DNA of 64,000 nt, taken from the IMG/VR virus record IMGVR_UViG_3300035182_002586, positions 186,001 to 250,000 of that record; one strand, 5' to 3'. Below the pieces are notes generated by a model that worked only from the letters and a program-made list of their open reading frames with translations, was not told where the DNA came from and did no database searches. A program made the translations under genes and the position numbers. Of this stretch, positions 1-9,086 are shown piece by piece (the stretch's first letter is position 1; every line of letters begins with the position of its first letter).

Positions 1-2
1 TC

Positions 3-224
3 GGGAACATCGTCACGGCGCTGCGGAACGCGTCGATGGGGTTCTACACGCTTCAAGAAGGCGTCTACCTCGTCGTGACGAACACCGACTGCGCGGCGCT
101 ACGAGACTGGCTCGGCGTTCTCGGCGGCACCGTGGTCCTTGTCACGCGGCTGACAGGTGCATGGGCAACGCGCGGGGACGCGGCCCTCACGCAGTGGATT
201 CAGTCGGCTGGGCCGTACTTCTAA
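3..224 (+). CDS. 5'-truncated small protein, possibly ferredoxin-like (Cas2/VapD-like 'SinR family') fold
   Basis: Frame is open from the window edge (GNIVTALRNASMGF...). The pattern YLVVTNTDCAALRDWL...LVTRLTGAWATRG...WI resembles small ferredoxin-fold proteins, recalled from memory. Confidence 0.4.
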   Translation, partial: GNIVTALRNASMGFYTLQEGVYLVVTNTDCAALRDWLGVLGGTVVLVTRLTGAWATRGDAALTQWIQSAGPYF

Positions 225-249
225 GGTCGTGTAGCCTGTCGTCGTCTCC

Positions 250-1035
250 ATGGACGAGCCCGCGCCGACACCTGCTCCGAAGAAGCCGACAGAACCCGAA
301 CCGAAGCCACCGGGCGACGACGCAGAACTAAGGACGGAGGTTGACAAACTCGCGGATCTGAGCCGGAAGGATGCGTCACCCAAGGAGACGGCAGCCGAAG
401 TCCGGGAGACCCTCGCCTCGCTCGAAACGCTCTCGTGGAAGGCGGCGAGCAACCGCACGCTGAATCTCCAGGTTGTCCTTCGGCGCAGCTACGAAGATGC
501 CGTCACAGCGGCGGGCGCAGCAACCGGGAGCACGGCCGGGGTCACGAAGACGGCTTCGGCCACGCTCATTGCCGCCGTGTGCATCGCCGTCCTTGGCTGG
601 CTTACCACGGTCACGTGCGTCATCGCGCACACGGTCTTCCCGAACGCGGGAGCACCCTCGATCAGGGAGCTGTGGCCAGCTCTCGCAGCGACCTCTGGAG
701 CAGTTCTTCTGCTCGTTGGGATCGCAACGTTGGCGTACCGGTTCGCCTCTCGAACACACGGGCGCGCGATGAGCCACTTCGCGGATGCCCGCGAGACCCG
801 CAGGACCGAAGCCGCCGTCGGGCTCATGCTGATGATCGAGAGCGAGATCAAGCCTGAAAACGCCGATGGGCTGAGGGCATTTGCAGCGAAGCTGCTGGAA
901 CAGCGGCCTGTCAGCGCGCCGCCCATTGACCCGATCTCTGCGGTTCCGGCCGAGGCCACCAAGCTCGCCGAGAAGGCTCTCGACACGGTGCAGGCCACGG
1001 CGGAGAAGGTTCTGGCGGTGGTGAAGGCGAAGTAA
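250..1035 (+). CDS. hypothetical membrane protein (2 TM, Pro-rich N-terminus)
   Basis: 261-aa ORF with GC3-rich codons and two hydrophobic stretches (LIAAVCIAVLGWLTTVTCVIA; LAATSGAVLLLVGIATLAY). Confidence 0.7.
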   Translation: MDEPAPTPAPKKPTEPEPKPPGDDAELRTEVDKLADLSRKDASPKETAAEVRETLASLETLSWKAASNRTLNLQVVLRRSYEDAVTAAGAATGSTAGVTKTASATLIAAVCIAVLGWLTTVTCVIAHTVFPNAGAPSIRELWPALAATSGAVLLLVGIATLAYRFASRTHGRAMSHFADARETRRTEAAVGLMLMIESEIKPENADGLRAFAAKLLEQRPVSAPPIDPISAVPAEATKLAEKALDTVQATAEKVLAVVKAK

Positions 1036-1071
1036 CGCCGCCGACGGGTCCACCAGTCGCTTGTCTTGGGA

Positions 1072-1251
1072 CTAGCGCAGCGTGCCCATCGGCAACCCGC
1101 GCTTGAGAGTCAGCGCGGCCTGCATCTCAGGCGAGAGTTTCACCTCCCGCTCACGGACGCCGCCAACGAACCCGGTGGGGGCCGGAGTACGAACCTCGGG
1201 AACCTTCGGGCTCTCGCTGGTACCAACCTTCGGCGCGTCTTGGTCCGGCAT
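1072..1251 (-). CDS. small hypothetical protein
   Basis: ATG at 1251 follows a GAGGGG SD-like sequence directly downstream of the GAF gene. Confidence 0.45.
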   Translation of the reverse strand: MPDQDAPKVGTSESPKVPEVRTPAPTGFVGGVREREVKLSPEMQAALTLKRGLPMGTLR

Positions 1252-1265
1252 CGTGCTCACCCCTC

Positions 1266-2042
1266 TCATTTATACTTCTCGTTCGCATAAGTGGAAAGGC
1301 CAGCACAACCTTCGAGAACGAGCGCTACCGTTGCATCGTCGAAGAAGCCGCTTTCCGTCGCGTCGAAGTACACCACGGCATCAACCTTGCCGGAGGTCAT
1401 CAGCGGCACCCCCATGAACGCGAAGCGGCTCGGGTTCGTCTTCCTTGCGTCGGCATCCTTCATGCCGAGGTGTTCGACCAGATGGCGAACCCAGTCGTCG
1501 AACGACTGGTCTTGCAGGCGGTCGAGGATACGGGGCACGCACATCCTTGCGACCCGTCCGATGATGCCGCTGTGAATCAGGAACTTCCTTCGAGCCGTTC
1601 GGCCATGCTTGCCGTCATCGTCGGCGTCGCCGCCAACGTAATCGAGAAGTTGTACGAGATTGTCGCCGTCGACTTTGTGTAGCGTGATCCGAAGTTTCGT
1701 CACGTCTGATGGATCGAATCCCTTCGCCTTGTAGATCATGCGGTGCAACACGTGGAGGCACCCTGCAAGCTCGGCGGGGCTCGCAGACTCCATGTCCTTC
1801 TTATCCTTGTAGTAGGCCGCCACAACCCGAACGATGACGCACAGGGCTGCGATAGCGAGCGCACACCAGGCGGCCCAGACGAAGAGCATGTCGGGAGTCG
1901 CTTGCGACTTCTCCTTACAGAGTGCGACGACACCCGCGACAACTGGAAGCAAGGCTTGAAGCGTCGCCGATGCCAGCTCACGCGCAAGAAACGGCTTCTG
2001 CTCGATCCCAGGGATTCCTGCCATCACCGTCCATTGGAGCAA
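1266..2042 (-). CDS. membrane protein with C-terminal GAF-like domain (start may be ATG 2024)
   Basis: Two TM segments, then a GAF-like pattern (GIIGRVAR...FMGVPLM..GKVDAVVYFDA...FF). Confidence 0.65.
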   Translation of the reverse strand: MLQWTVMAGIPGIEQKPFLARELASATLQALLPVVAGVVALCKEKSQATPDMLFVWAAWCALAIAALCVIVRVVAAYYKDKKDMESASPAELAGCLHVLHRMIYKAKGFDPSDVTKLRITLHKVDGDNLVQLLDYVGGDADDDGKHGRTARRKFLIHSGIIGRVARMCVPRILDRLQDQSFDDWVRHLVEHLGMKDADARKTNPSRFAFMGVPLMTSGKVDAVVYFDATESGFFDDATVALVLEGCAGLSTYANEKYK

Positions 2043-2478
2043 CGCTCAGTGGACCGAGCAATACTCGCGTCCTGGCGCCCGCCTGCTGTGCGGGCGTCGT
2101 ACACCGGCACCAGGCTCATGTGGGGATCGCTGACGACGATTTCTGAGGCAGCGGACGACGATTCTGGATCAAGCAGCGGTTTTGGGGCAAAGCCCCCTCA
2201 TCATCGAGGCTGCGGGTCGCGTTCCTGGGATCTCCGAGGAGGACACCTACGACGCTCTCTACGAGACTGTCATCGCTGGCTCCATCGAGTGGGAGCCCTA
2301 CGTCCCCGATAGCGTCGAGCCCCTTGTCTGCCGCCTTCCGATGCAACGTGGGGGCGCGGCGTAGCCAGGTCTCCACTTCTTGTACGACGGCGCGCTCTGC
2401 TTCGACGGTGCTGTCCCGGACCGCTTTGCGAGCGGACTCGGGGTCGTCGAAGAGGTCGTCGAACGCGCGCGACACGGC

Positions 2479-3390
2479 TCAATGGCCGTACTGCATAAGG
2501 TCCAGTTCGAGGCGCCGGAGCTGATCGCACGCTTCGAGCCCCTTCGTCAGGTGCTCCGGGATGGCCGCGTAGCCGTAGTGGGCGCCAGCGAGCCCGCCCG
2601 CGACGGCAGCCGTCGTGTCGGTGTCCCCTCCTGCTCGGATGGCCGCTTGGACACAGGCCGTGTAGCTGTCCGTCAGAACGAGCGCCGCGATGGCTGCGGG
2701 CACCGTCTGGACGACGTGTGCCCCGGTCTGGAGGTCGGTCCCGAGTACGTCTTCGACGCGTCGGTTTTCTGCCTGCATGGCCTGGATCGAACGCAGGCCG
2801 GCGTAGATCTTGGACGTGCTCGGGAGATGGGTCAGGAGCCACGACAACAGGAGCTTCTTCGAGACCCCTGTGACGAGAAGCGCCACCGCTGCGGCGATCA
2901 CGGCCGACCCGTGCTGTGCCTCATCCGACTGGTGGGTGATGGTCGCGTCGAGGCGGGCGAACTCCGCCGCCGATGCCGGAAGCACGTGGTAGAAGGCGCC
3001 GAGCACTCCCGCACGCATGGCGGTGCCGTTGCCCTCCGCACCTTTGACCCCGCTGCTGTCCCACGGGGTCCCACGGGCAAGGCGTCCGAGGGCGTCTGCC
3101 GTCGCACGGCCCATTCCCCGTCTCTCTCCCGAGAGGAACCACTTCGTGTAGTGCGCGGCCGCGTCCACCGGGTCGTACCCGTGCCGTTCGAGCAGGGACT
3201 CGGCCAGACACTTCGACATCATCGTGTCGTCGGTCCACTGACCCGGAGCCAGCCCGTGGAAGCTGCTCGCCTGGTAGGAAAGGCCGTCCCACGCCAGCAG
3301 GCGGCTGTCGAGCATGTGGGCGGTCTCGAAGGGCATCCCGAGGGCATCGCCTACGGCAAGGCCCACGAGGGGGCTCGGGTTCTGTTTCAT
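2479..3390 (-). CDS. ADP-ribosylglycohydrolase (ARH/DraG family)
   Basis: Motifs GLAVGDALGMPFE, WTDDT, GNGTAMR, TH and GGDTDTTAAVAGGLAGA. Confidence 0.95.
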   Translation of the reverse strand: MKQNPSPLVGLAVGDALGMPFETAHMLDSRLLAWDGLSYQASSFHGLAPGQWTDDTMMSKCLAESLLERHGYDPVDAAAHYTKWFLSGERRGMGRATADALGRLARGTPWDSSGVKGAEGNGTAMRAGVLGAFYHVLPASAAEFARLDATITHQSDEAQHGSAVIAAAVALLVTGVSKKLLLSWLLTHLPSTSKIYAGLRSIQAMQAENRRVEDVLGTDLQTGAHVVQTVPAAIAALVLTDSYTACVQAAIRAGGDTDTTAAVAGGLAGAHYGYAAIPEHLTKGLEACDQLRRLELDLMQYGH

Positions 3391-3402
3391 GTTGCGGGGG
3401 AC

Positions 3403-3897
3403 TTACACCGCCGGGGCCGGTTCCAGCTCCGTGGCCTCCACCCAACACGGGGGGAGAGCCTTCTCACGGCCCTTCGCGCCGTCGAGGTTGGGGGCCATGA
3501 CCCGGTAGCTCAGGCCGTGCCCGTCGGACACGTCCATGATCACCACGGTCTGCCCTACGAGCGAAGGCATCGTCGCGGCCCGGTTGCGGCGCTCGCCTTC
3601 GACGTAGCCCCGATCCGCAACGTTCTCGTACCGCACGACACGGGCGCGATCGAGGACGTTCAGCCTTACGGTCACTGCCGGCTTCTTGTCTCGCCGCTCG
3701 ATGCGCGCCTGTGCGTCGGCCTTCGCTTCCTCCCCCGTCGTGTAGAGGGTCAGGTTCCGGTCCTCGGGCGCGCGTCCGAGGCAAGCGCTTCCGGCGGCCC
3801 AGTTGCAGAAGTCCTCTGGAGTGGCCTCGAAGCAGATGTCTGCCATCTCGGAGACGGGCGTGGGGTCGAGCACGGCCCACAGAGTGCTGATCTTCAT
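3403..3897 (-). CDS. hypothetical protein, possible C-terminal SH3-like domain
   Basis: 164-aa ORF with good codon bias and a GGTGTA motif just upstream of the ATG. Confidence 0.7.
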   Translation of the reverse strand: MKISTLWAVLDPTPVSEMADICFEATPEDFCNWAAGSACLGRAPEDRNLTLYTTGEEAKADAQARIERRDKKPAVTVRLNVLDRARVVRYENVADRGYVEGERRNRAATMPSLVGQTVVIMDVSDGHGLSYRVMAPNLDGAKGREKALPPCWVEATELEPAPAV

Positions 3898-3905
3898 GCT
3901 CTTCT

Positions 3906-4208
3906 CTACACCGACTTCTTCTTGGGCTTCGTCGCGTGCACCATGCGCCGGTGCAGCTCCATGTAGTCGGCCGTGATCCTCGTCAGGATGCTACCTGCAT
4001 CCCGTACCTGGTCGCCGATCTCCCCCAGGGAGGTAAGCGGTGCCTGGCTCGGCACGGCCTGCTGCTGGAGCTGCGTGTAGACGTGGAACATAGTCGTCTG
4101 TGAAGTCGCGTTACCCAAGTGCCGCACGAGGGTAGGGATGTTCTGCTCGATGCGGGCGATCAGGTCGGCGTCGGGGACTTCGCTCAGCGGGACACTCTTC
4201 TTGGGCAT
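3906..4208 (-). CDS. hypothetical protein
   Basis: ATG 4208 (MPKKSVP...) fills the gap between flanking genes. The longer ORF call overlaps the upstream gene. Confidence 0.65.
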   Translation of the reverse strand: MPKKSVPLSEVPDADLIARIEQNIPTLVRHLGNATSQTTMFHVYTQLQQQAVPSQAPLTSLGEIGDQVRDAGSILTRITADYMELHRRMVHATKPKKKSV

Positions 4209-4228
4209 GGGATCCGATCCCGGGCCGG

Positions 4229-5113
4229 CTAGTAGCCGAACCCGATGTAGTTGAAGTAGCTGTTCGACTTGTACGCGAGCTTGAGCGTCACGAGAGCCTC
4301 GTCCTGCCCCATCTTGGCCGCGTCGACGTGATCCTTGTAGTGGTAGCGGAGCTTCGCCTTCTTGGCGGCCTTGCGCATCTCGTCCTGGAGCACACGCGCC
4401 TTCGTGGCGGCCTCGGGGCCTTCCTTCGCCAGCTCGGCGAACTTCTGGCCCCACTCGGCGTAGAAGCTGTTCACGGCGTCCTCAGCGGCCTTCTCCTTGG
4501 CCTCACGCGCCGCCCGCTTCGCGTTCTCCGCGTCGCGCTTCGCCTGTGCGGCCGCCGCCCGCGCGTTCTTGCGCGCTTCCAGCTCAGCCTTCTCCATGAG
4601 GAGGACTTCTTCGGTCACCTCGCGGAGGGGCTTCGGCTCCCACCGGGCGATCATCCGGTCGAGGCGGTCGACCGAGATCTGGAGCATGCGCACGTGCGAC
4701 TCCGCCTGGAATTTTGCGTGGTCGAACAGTCTCTTCCACTCGTACCGGCGCGCCGGATCGGTCTCCGTGCTCGTGTACTCCTCGTACTTCGGCTCGATGA
4801 TGGTGCGGCGACCGTACTTGTACCCGTAGACAGACACGTCCTTGTGGAGGGTCTTGATACGCCCCTCGACGAGATCACTCAGGTGCAGCGCCGCGTTGGT
4901 GAGCTGCTGCGCGATGATCGCACGGTACTCTTGGGTGGCCTTGCACGAGACCTCGAAGGGCTCTCGACCCACGGCCCAACAGTCGCCGACGATGGACCCG
5001 TGCCCCGGGCGCTCGAACCCGTGGTGGACCATGGTGCCGCTCTGCACGTGGAACTCCCCTTCGCAGACGGGGCAGGTGCCGACGATGCCGATCCGGGTGT
5101 GCTGCTTGGCCAT
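4229..5113 (-). CDS. hypothetical phage protein with N-terminal Zn-binding motif (CPVC...HHG...C) and coiled coil
   Basis: ATG 5113 (MAKQHTR...) lies 4 nt after the -10-like element of the GATGGATC motif. Confidence 0.75.
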   Translation of the reverse strand: MAKQHTRIGIVGTCPVCEGEFHVQSGTMVHHGFERPGHGSIVGDCWAVGREPFEVSCKATQEYRAIIAQQLTNAALHLSDLVEGRIKTLHKDVSVYGYKYGRRTIIEPKYEEYTSTETDPARRYEWKRLFDHAKFQAESHVRMLQISVDRLDRMIARWEPKPLREVTEEVLLMEKAELEARKNARAAAAQAKRDAENAKRAAREAKEKAAEDAVNSFYAEWGQKFAELAKEGPEAATKARVLQDEMRKAAKKAKLRYHYKDHVDAAKMGQDEALVTLKLAYKSNSYFNYIGFGY

Positions 5114-5117
5114 GTTC

Positions 5118-5149
5118 CTACTACAACGGAACCCTCGGGGTGATCCATC
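5118..5149 (-). promoter_or_regulatory. promoter motif A (GATGGATC-N18-TAGTAG), leaderless geometry
   Basis: One of 5 copies with an identical 18-nt spacer. The hexamer ends 4 nt before ATG 5113. Confidence 0.65.
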
Positions 5150-5159
5150 CGGTCCCCTA

Positions 5160-5165
5160 CTTATC
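5160..5165 (+). promoter_or_regulatory. putative late-promoter motif CTTATC
   Basis: The same hexamer lies upstream of several structural/lysis genes. Here it is 14 nt before ATG 5180. Confidence 0.4.
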
Positions 5166-5179
5166 CATTTCCAGCAGGT

Positions 5180-6001
5180 ATGACGTTCCCGGAAGCAGGG
5201 GCCGCCCGCGAGGCATACATCATCGACCAGGTGCGCCAGGGGCGCTTCGAGGTCGAGTTCGCGACCATCACGTCCGACTACAACGGGCACCATGCGGAGT
5301 TCCAGGTCTTCGCGGACGCCCTCAAGGTTGACGGGGTGCGCGTCAACGTGAACGCACAGACGCAGCAGATCATCGCCGACATGACCGGGTGCATGCTGCT
5401 GACCCCGAAGCTCGCGGACCTGATCTGGATGCAGCGTCAGGTGACGTTGCCCCCGATGCCGCGTCCCATCACGTCGGCGACGGCGGCGATGATCGATCAG
5501 TCGAAGAAGATCGACGCAGCCCTCGCGAAGCTCGGGAACCCCAAGGGCCTCATCTGCACGGTCGGCAAGCACTGGGTCATCGACAACGACCTCTCACAGA
5601 CCAAGCTGATCTACGGCGTCCACGGGGCCGAGAACTACGGCTGGCACTTCGAGGGGGCGAGCTACCAGGGCATCGTCGGCGAGCAGATCGCCAGCGGCTT
5701 CAAGGACCCCAATGGACGCGTCTACCGGCTCATCCAGGGCCGTGGGTGGGCGCACAACATGTCCGAGGTCGACTACTCGCAGATCTGCATCTGCGTAGCG
5801 ATCATGTGCAAGGTCGACGGGCAGGACATGGACATCCGGGACCTGCTCCGTGATCCGAATCTCGCCCCCCTCGCCAGCCACAACGGCGTGATGAAGTTCT
5901 TTCGCCAGCCGGGTGTTCCGGAGCCGACCGACCACACGATCATCATGCCGATGATCACGATCACCGCGTCGCCGGGTTCGGACCCGGACACGTCCGCCTG
6001 A
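5180..6001 (+). CDS. uncharacterised enzyme-like protein, candidate cell-wall hydrolase
   Basis: 273 aa with conserved-looking motifs LLTPKLADLIW, GKHWV, NYGWH, IQG.G.AH...DYSQ and DP.LAPL.SH.G. The function is inferred. Confidence 0.6.
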   Translation: MTFPEAGAAREAYIIDQVRQGRFEVEFATITSDYNGHHAEFQVFADALKVDGVRVNVNAQTQQIIADMTGCMLLTPKLADLIWMQRQVTLPPMPRPITSATAAMIDQSKKIDAALAKLGNPKGLICTVGKHWVIDNDLSQTKLIYGVHGAENYGWHFEGASYQGIVGEQIASGFKDPNGRVYRLIQGRGWAHNMSEVDYSQICICVAIMCKVDGQDMDIRDLLRDPNLAPLASHNGVMKFFRQPGVPEPTDHTIIMPMITITASPGSDPDTSA

Positions 6002-6021
6002 CCCGGTGTAGCGTGCCCGCC

Positions 6022-6408
6022 GTGATCGACGACATATGCCGTGCTCTTCGTGCCTGCCGGCTCCGGTTTGGCGACGAAATCGAGCTGCAAGATGGGATCG
6101 AGCGCCTGTTCCAGGCCAGGGGGTTCCTCTACGAACGCGAGGCTCAGCTCGACGAGGCAGGCCGCGTCGACTTTCTCGTCTTCGGTTCCGGTGAGGTACA
6201 GGCCCCCAGCGTCGCCATCGGCGTCGAGGTGAAGATCAAGGGGTCTACGGCTGAGGTGACACGCCAACTCCACCGGTACGCCTCGACCGGGAAACTCTCG
6301 GGCCTCGTGCTGGCCACGACGCTGATGCGGCACGCCACACAGCTCCGGATGCCCTCCCTCGGGGGTGTGGAGTTCCGCTCCCTCTACCTCTCCGGATCTG
6401 CTTTCTGA
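6022..6408 (+). CDS. PD-(D/E)xK restriction-endonuclease-like nuclease
   Basis: E...RVDFLV...GVEVK...RQLHRYA (QxxxY). GTG 6022 is chosen because it lies 7 nt after GGTG-TAGCGT; 6013 is the alternative start. Confidence 0.75.
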   Translation: MIDDICRALRACRLRFGDEIELQDGIERLFQARGFLYEREAQLDEAGRVDFLVFGSGEVQAPSVAIGVEVKIKGSTAEVTRQLHRYASTGKLSGLVLATTLMRHATQLRMPSLGGVEFRSLYLSGSAF

Positions 6409-8144
6409 TGCCCCCTCCCGTTGTCGGTACGGCCGTCTACGACGAGGACCTACGTGTCTGGCGCATCCGGGCCGAGCCCCACGTGATGATGCGCCTCAAG
6501 CGTGTCTTCGGGCGCATCGCACAGAACGCCTTCGGGGAGGTGCGGCTGTCCGCCACCGAGGAGAACTGCCGGGAGCTTGCCTGGTTCACACAGCGCTTCG
6601 CATTCGACGTAGACCGCCCCGACATTCTCCAGGAGCGCGCAGAGGCTCACAGGGGCCGGGAAGACGCCCTGGCGGGCATCTTGTCGACCGATCACGTCCC
6701 TCCCCCGTTCCACACCCTCGCCCTTCCCGCTCGCGAGTACCAACGGCTCGCGGCTGAAATGGTCCTTCGCAACGGGTCCCTTCTGTTGGCGGATGATGTA
6801 GGTCTAGGGAAGACAGCCAGTTCGATCTGCGTCCTCACGGAAGCCAACGCGCTCCCTGCCCTCGTGGTGACCCTCGCTCACCTGCCTCGCCAGTGGGAGG
6901 CCGAGATCAAGAAGTTCGCCCCCCACCTCACGACCCACGTGGTCAAGAAGGGGACCCCCTACGACCTGACGAAAGCCCCTCGGGGTTCCAAGGCACCGAA
7001 CCGGTTCCCCGACGTGATCCTGCTGAACTACCACAAGCTCGCAGGGTGGGCGGACACTCTCGCCGAGAAGGTGAAGACCGTCATCTACGACGAGGCTCAG
7101 GAGCTTCGTCATGCGGGTACGAACAAGCACGCGGCCGCGCGACACATCTCCTCGGCCACGACCTACCGCATGGGGCTCACCGCGACCCCCATCTACAACT
7201 ACGGCGGGGAGATCTACAACGTCATCGACTCCATCAGGCCGGACTCCCTCGGGACACACGAAGAGTTCATGCGCGAGTGGTGCATCGATTGGGGGTACGG
7301 AGCCCGGCCCGGGGACAAGCCCAAGATCCGAGACCCCAAAGCGTTCGGCACCTACGTGCGCAGGTCGGGCCTCATGCTCCGTCGAACCCGCGCCGAGGTT
7401 GGGCGCGAGCTGCCTGCGTTGACCCGTGCCATCCATCACGTGGACGCGGACGAAGAAGCTCTCGACCGTGTGGGAGGCAGTGCCGCCGAGCTGGCGCGCA
7501 TCATCCTCAAGCAAGGGGAGAGCAAGCAGGGCGAGAAGTTCCTTGCGAGCGAGGAGTTCAACAACATCCTCAGGCAGGCAACGGGCATCGCCAAGGCTCC
7601 GTACGTCGCGGACTTCGTGCGGCTTCTCATCGAGAGTGGGGAGAAAGTCGTCCTCTACGGGTGGCACCGCGAGGTCTACTCCCTCTGGATGCACCGGCTC
7701 GCGGATCTCAGCCCGGTGATGTACACGGGGTCGGAGTCCTCTGCGCAGAAGGATGAGTCGAAGCGCAAGTTCCTTGCAGACGAGTCCCCACTCCTCATCA
7801 TCTCACTGCGTGCGGGCGCAGGGCTCGACGGGCTCCAGCACAAGTGCCGCACAGTCGTCTTCGGGGAGCTGGACTGGTCCCCGGGCGTCCACGAACAGTG
7901 CGTTGGACGCGTCTACCGCGACGGGCAGCCGGAACCTGTGCTCGCGTACTTCTTGCTCTCCGAGACTGGTAGCGATCCGGTCGTAGCAGACACGCTCGGG
8001 CTCAAGAAGCAGCAGATCGACGGGCTTCGCGATCCTTCGGCGGACATCGTGGAGACGCTCGAAGCGGATCCCGACCGCATCAAGAAGCTCGCGGAGGCGT
8101 TCTTGAAGCAGCGCGGGATCGCTCTACCCCCTTCCGGCCCCTAG
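6408..8144 (+). CDS. SNF2-family (SF2) helicase/ATPase
   Basis: LLADDVGLGKT, DEAQ, TATP, GAGLDGLQ, WSP...QCVGRVYRDGQ. TGATG overlap with the nuclease gene. Confidence 0.93.
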   Translation: MPPPVVGTAVYDEDLRVWRIRAEPHVMMRLKRVFGRIAQNAFGEVRLSATEENCRELAWFTQRFAFDVDRPDILQERAEAHRGREDALAGILSTDHVPPPFHTLALPAREYQRLAAEMVLRNGSLLLADDVGLGKTASSICVLTEANALPALVVTLAHLPRQWEAEIKKFAPHLTTHVVKKGTPYDLTKAPRGSKAPNRFPDVILLNYHKLAGWADTLAEKVKTVIYDEAQELRHAGTNKHAAARHISSATTYRMGLTATPIYNYGGEIYNVIDSIRPDSLGTHEEFMREWCIDWGYGARPGDKPKIRDPKAFGTYVRRSGLMLRRTRAEVGRELPALTRAIHHVDADEEALDRVGGSAAELARIILKQGESKQGEKFLASEEFNNILRQATGIAKAPYVADFVRLLIESGEKVVLYGWHREVYSLWMHRLADLSPVMYTGSESSAQKDESKRKFLADESPLLIISLRAGAGLDGLQHKCRTVVFGELDWSPGVHEQCVGRVYRDGQPEPVLAYFLLSETGSDPVVADTLGLKKQQIDGLRDPSADIVETLEADPDRIKKLAEAFLKQRGIALPPSGP

Positions 8145-8168
8145 CGGTGGCCGCGGGACCGTCGCGTC

Positions 8169-8441
8169 ATGCACTCGGACCCCGAACCGCGTGAAGCCGA
8201 GCGCGGACAGAATGCACGAGAGGGAGTGCCCGAACAGGTTGTGGAAGGACCACCTCCACCGGAGCCAGCACCGCCCCCTGAACCAGGTTGGGTGAGTGTG
8301 CGCGAGAAGCTCCAGTGCGTCGTGCCCTACGACACGAAAAGGCTCCCCTTGGAGTCCATCCCCTGGGTGGGTAAGGACAACCAGGGCGTGCTCCGTCTCC
8401 ATGTGAGACGTGTCGATGCACCTTACACAGGATTCGGGTAG
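8169..8441 (+). CDS. hypothetical Pro-rich small protein
   Basis: Has the best codon bias of the three overlapping frames and follows the helicase on the same strand. Confidence 0.45.
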   Translation: MHSDPEPREAERGQNAREGVPEQVVEGPPPPEPAPPPEPGWVSVREKLQCVVPYDTKRLPLESIPWVGKDNQGVLRLHVRRVDAPYTGFG

Positions 8442-8499
8442 GAGCAGAGGCCCTAGACGAACGAACACGAAGGGAGGGTGACACCTCTCGTGAGGTTCG

Positions 8500-8823
8500 T
8501 CACCTAGGTTCCACGCGAAGAGAGACCAGTCGCCCACGGCCGCGTTTCTCTTCGGCTGCGGACCCGTAGGTGAAGCACATCTCCGCGAGCATCTTCCTCG
8601 GATAGATCATGGTGAAGTGCTGGTGCTTCGCGTCCCACCACCCCCAGTACGTGCCCGTTGGGTCGTGAGAGATCCGCACGGGCACGATGGGGTTCTTCGT
8701 GTCGCAGGATCGTACCTGCATCTCGGAGGGGAAGAAGTGCTCGTACTCCCCATTCAACTTGCGGGCCGCGAGGAGGTCGGTGAACGCCCCTTCCGGGACC
8801 TCGACGATCTGTACCTGTTCCAC
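8500..8823 (-). CDS. hypothetical phage protein
   Basis: GTG 8823 directly follows the upstream stop. Aromatic motif YWGWWD...MIYP...MCF.YG. Confidence 0.6.
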   Translation of the reverse strand: MEQVQIVEVPEGAFTDLLAARKLNGEYEHFFPSEMQVRSCDTKNPIVPVRISHDPTGTYWGWWDAKHQHFTMIYPRKMLAEMCFTYGSAAEEKRGRGRLVSLRVEPR

Positions 8824-8825
8824 GG

Positions 8826-9086
8826 CTAGACCGATCCTCGAAAGCCCATCACTCGACTGCGCCATCTCGTGAAGCTGCTCTCGTTCGGGGGCTTGCGCTT
8901 GTCCGCGTCCTGGAACGCCTCCTCCCACGAGGCCCCCTTGCCGAGCACCCACATGTCCCGGCCGAGCAAGATGCCCACCGAGAAGCTCTTGGGACTCGTG
9001 CCTGTAGTGCACCCGAAGGACCGCGCGAAGGCTCCCCACCGACGGTAGGCTTCTTGGCTAGCCTCCCCTCGTGTCATGGCCTTCAT
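8826..9086 (-). CDS. hypothetical protein
   Basis: ATG 9086 overlaps the upstream stop (ATGA); contains LGKGASWEEAF. Confidence 0.6.
   Translation of the reverse strand: MKAMTRGEASQEAYRRWGAFARSFGCTTGTSPKSFSVGILLGRDMWVLGKGASWEEAFQDADKRKPPNESSFTRWRSRVMGFRGSV

Noticed and set aside
1708-1737. GATGGATC...TGTAGATC, a possible sixth motif-A copy
   Set aside because: The spacer is 16 nt rather than 18, and it lies antisense inside a CDS.
8124-8537. Minus-strand ORF with a TGTGTAAGG element upstream of an internal ATG
   Set aside because: Codon pattern favours the plus-strand ORF 8169-8441, and the motif is imperfect.
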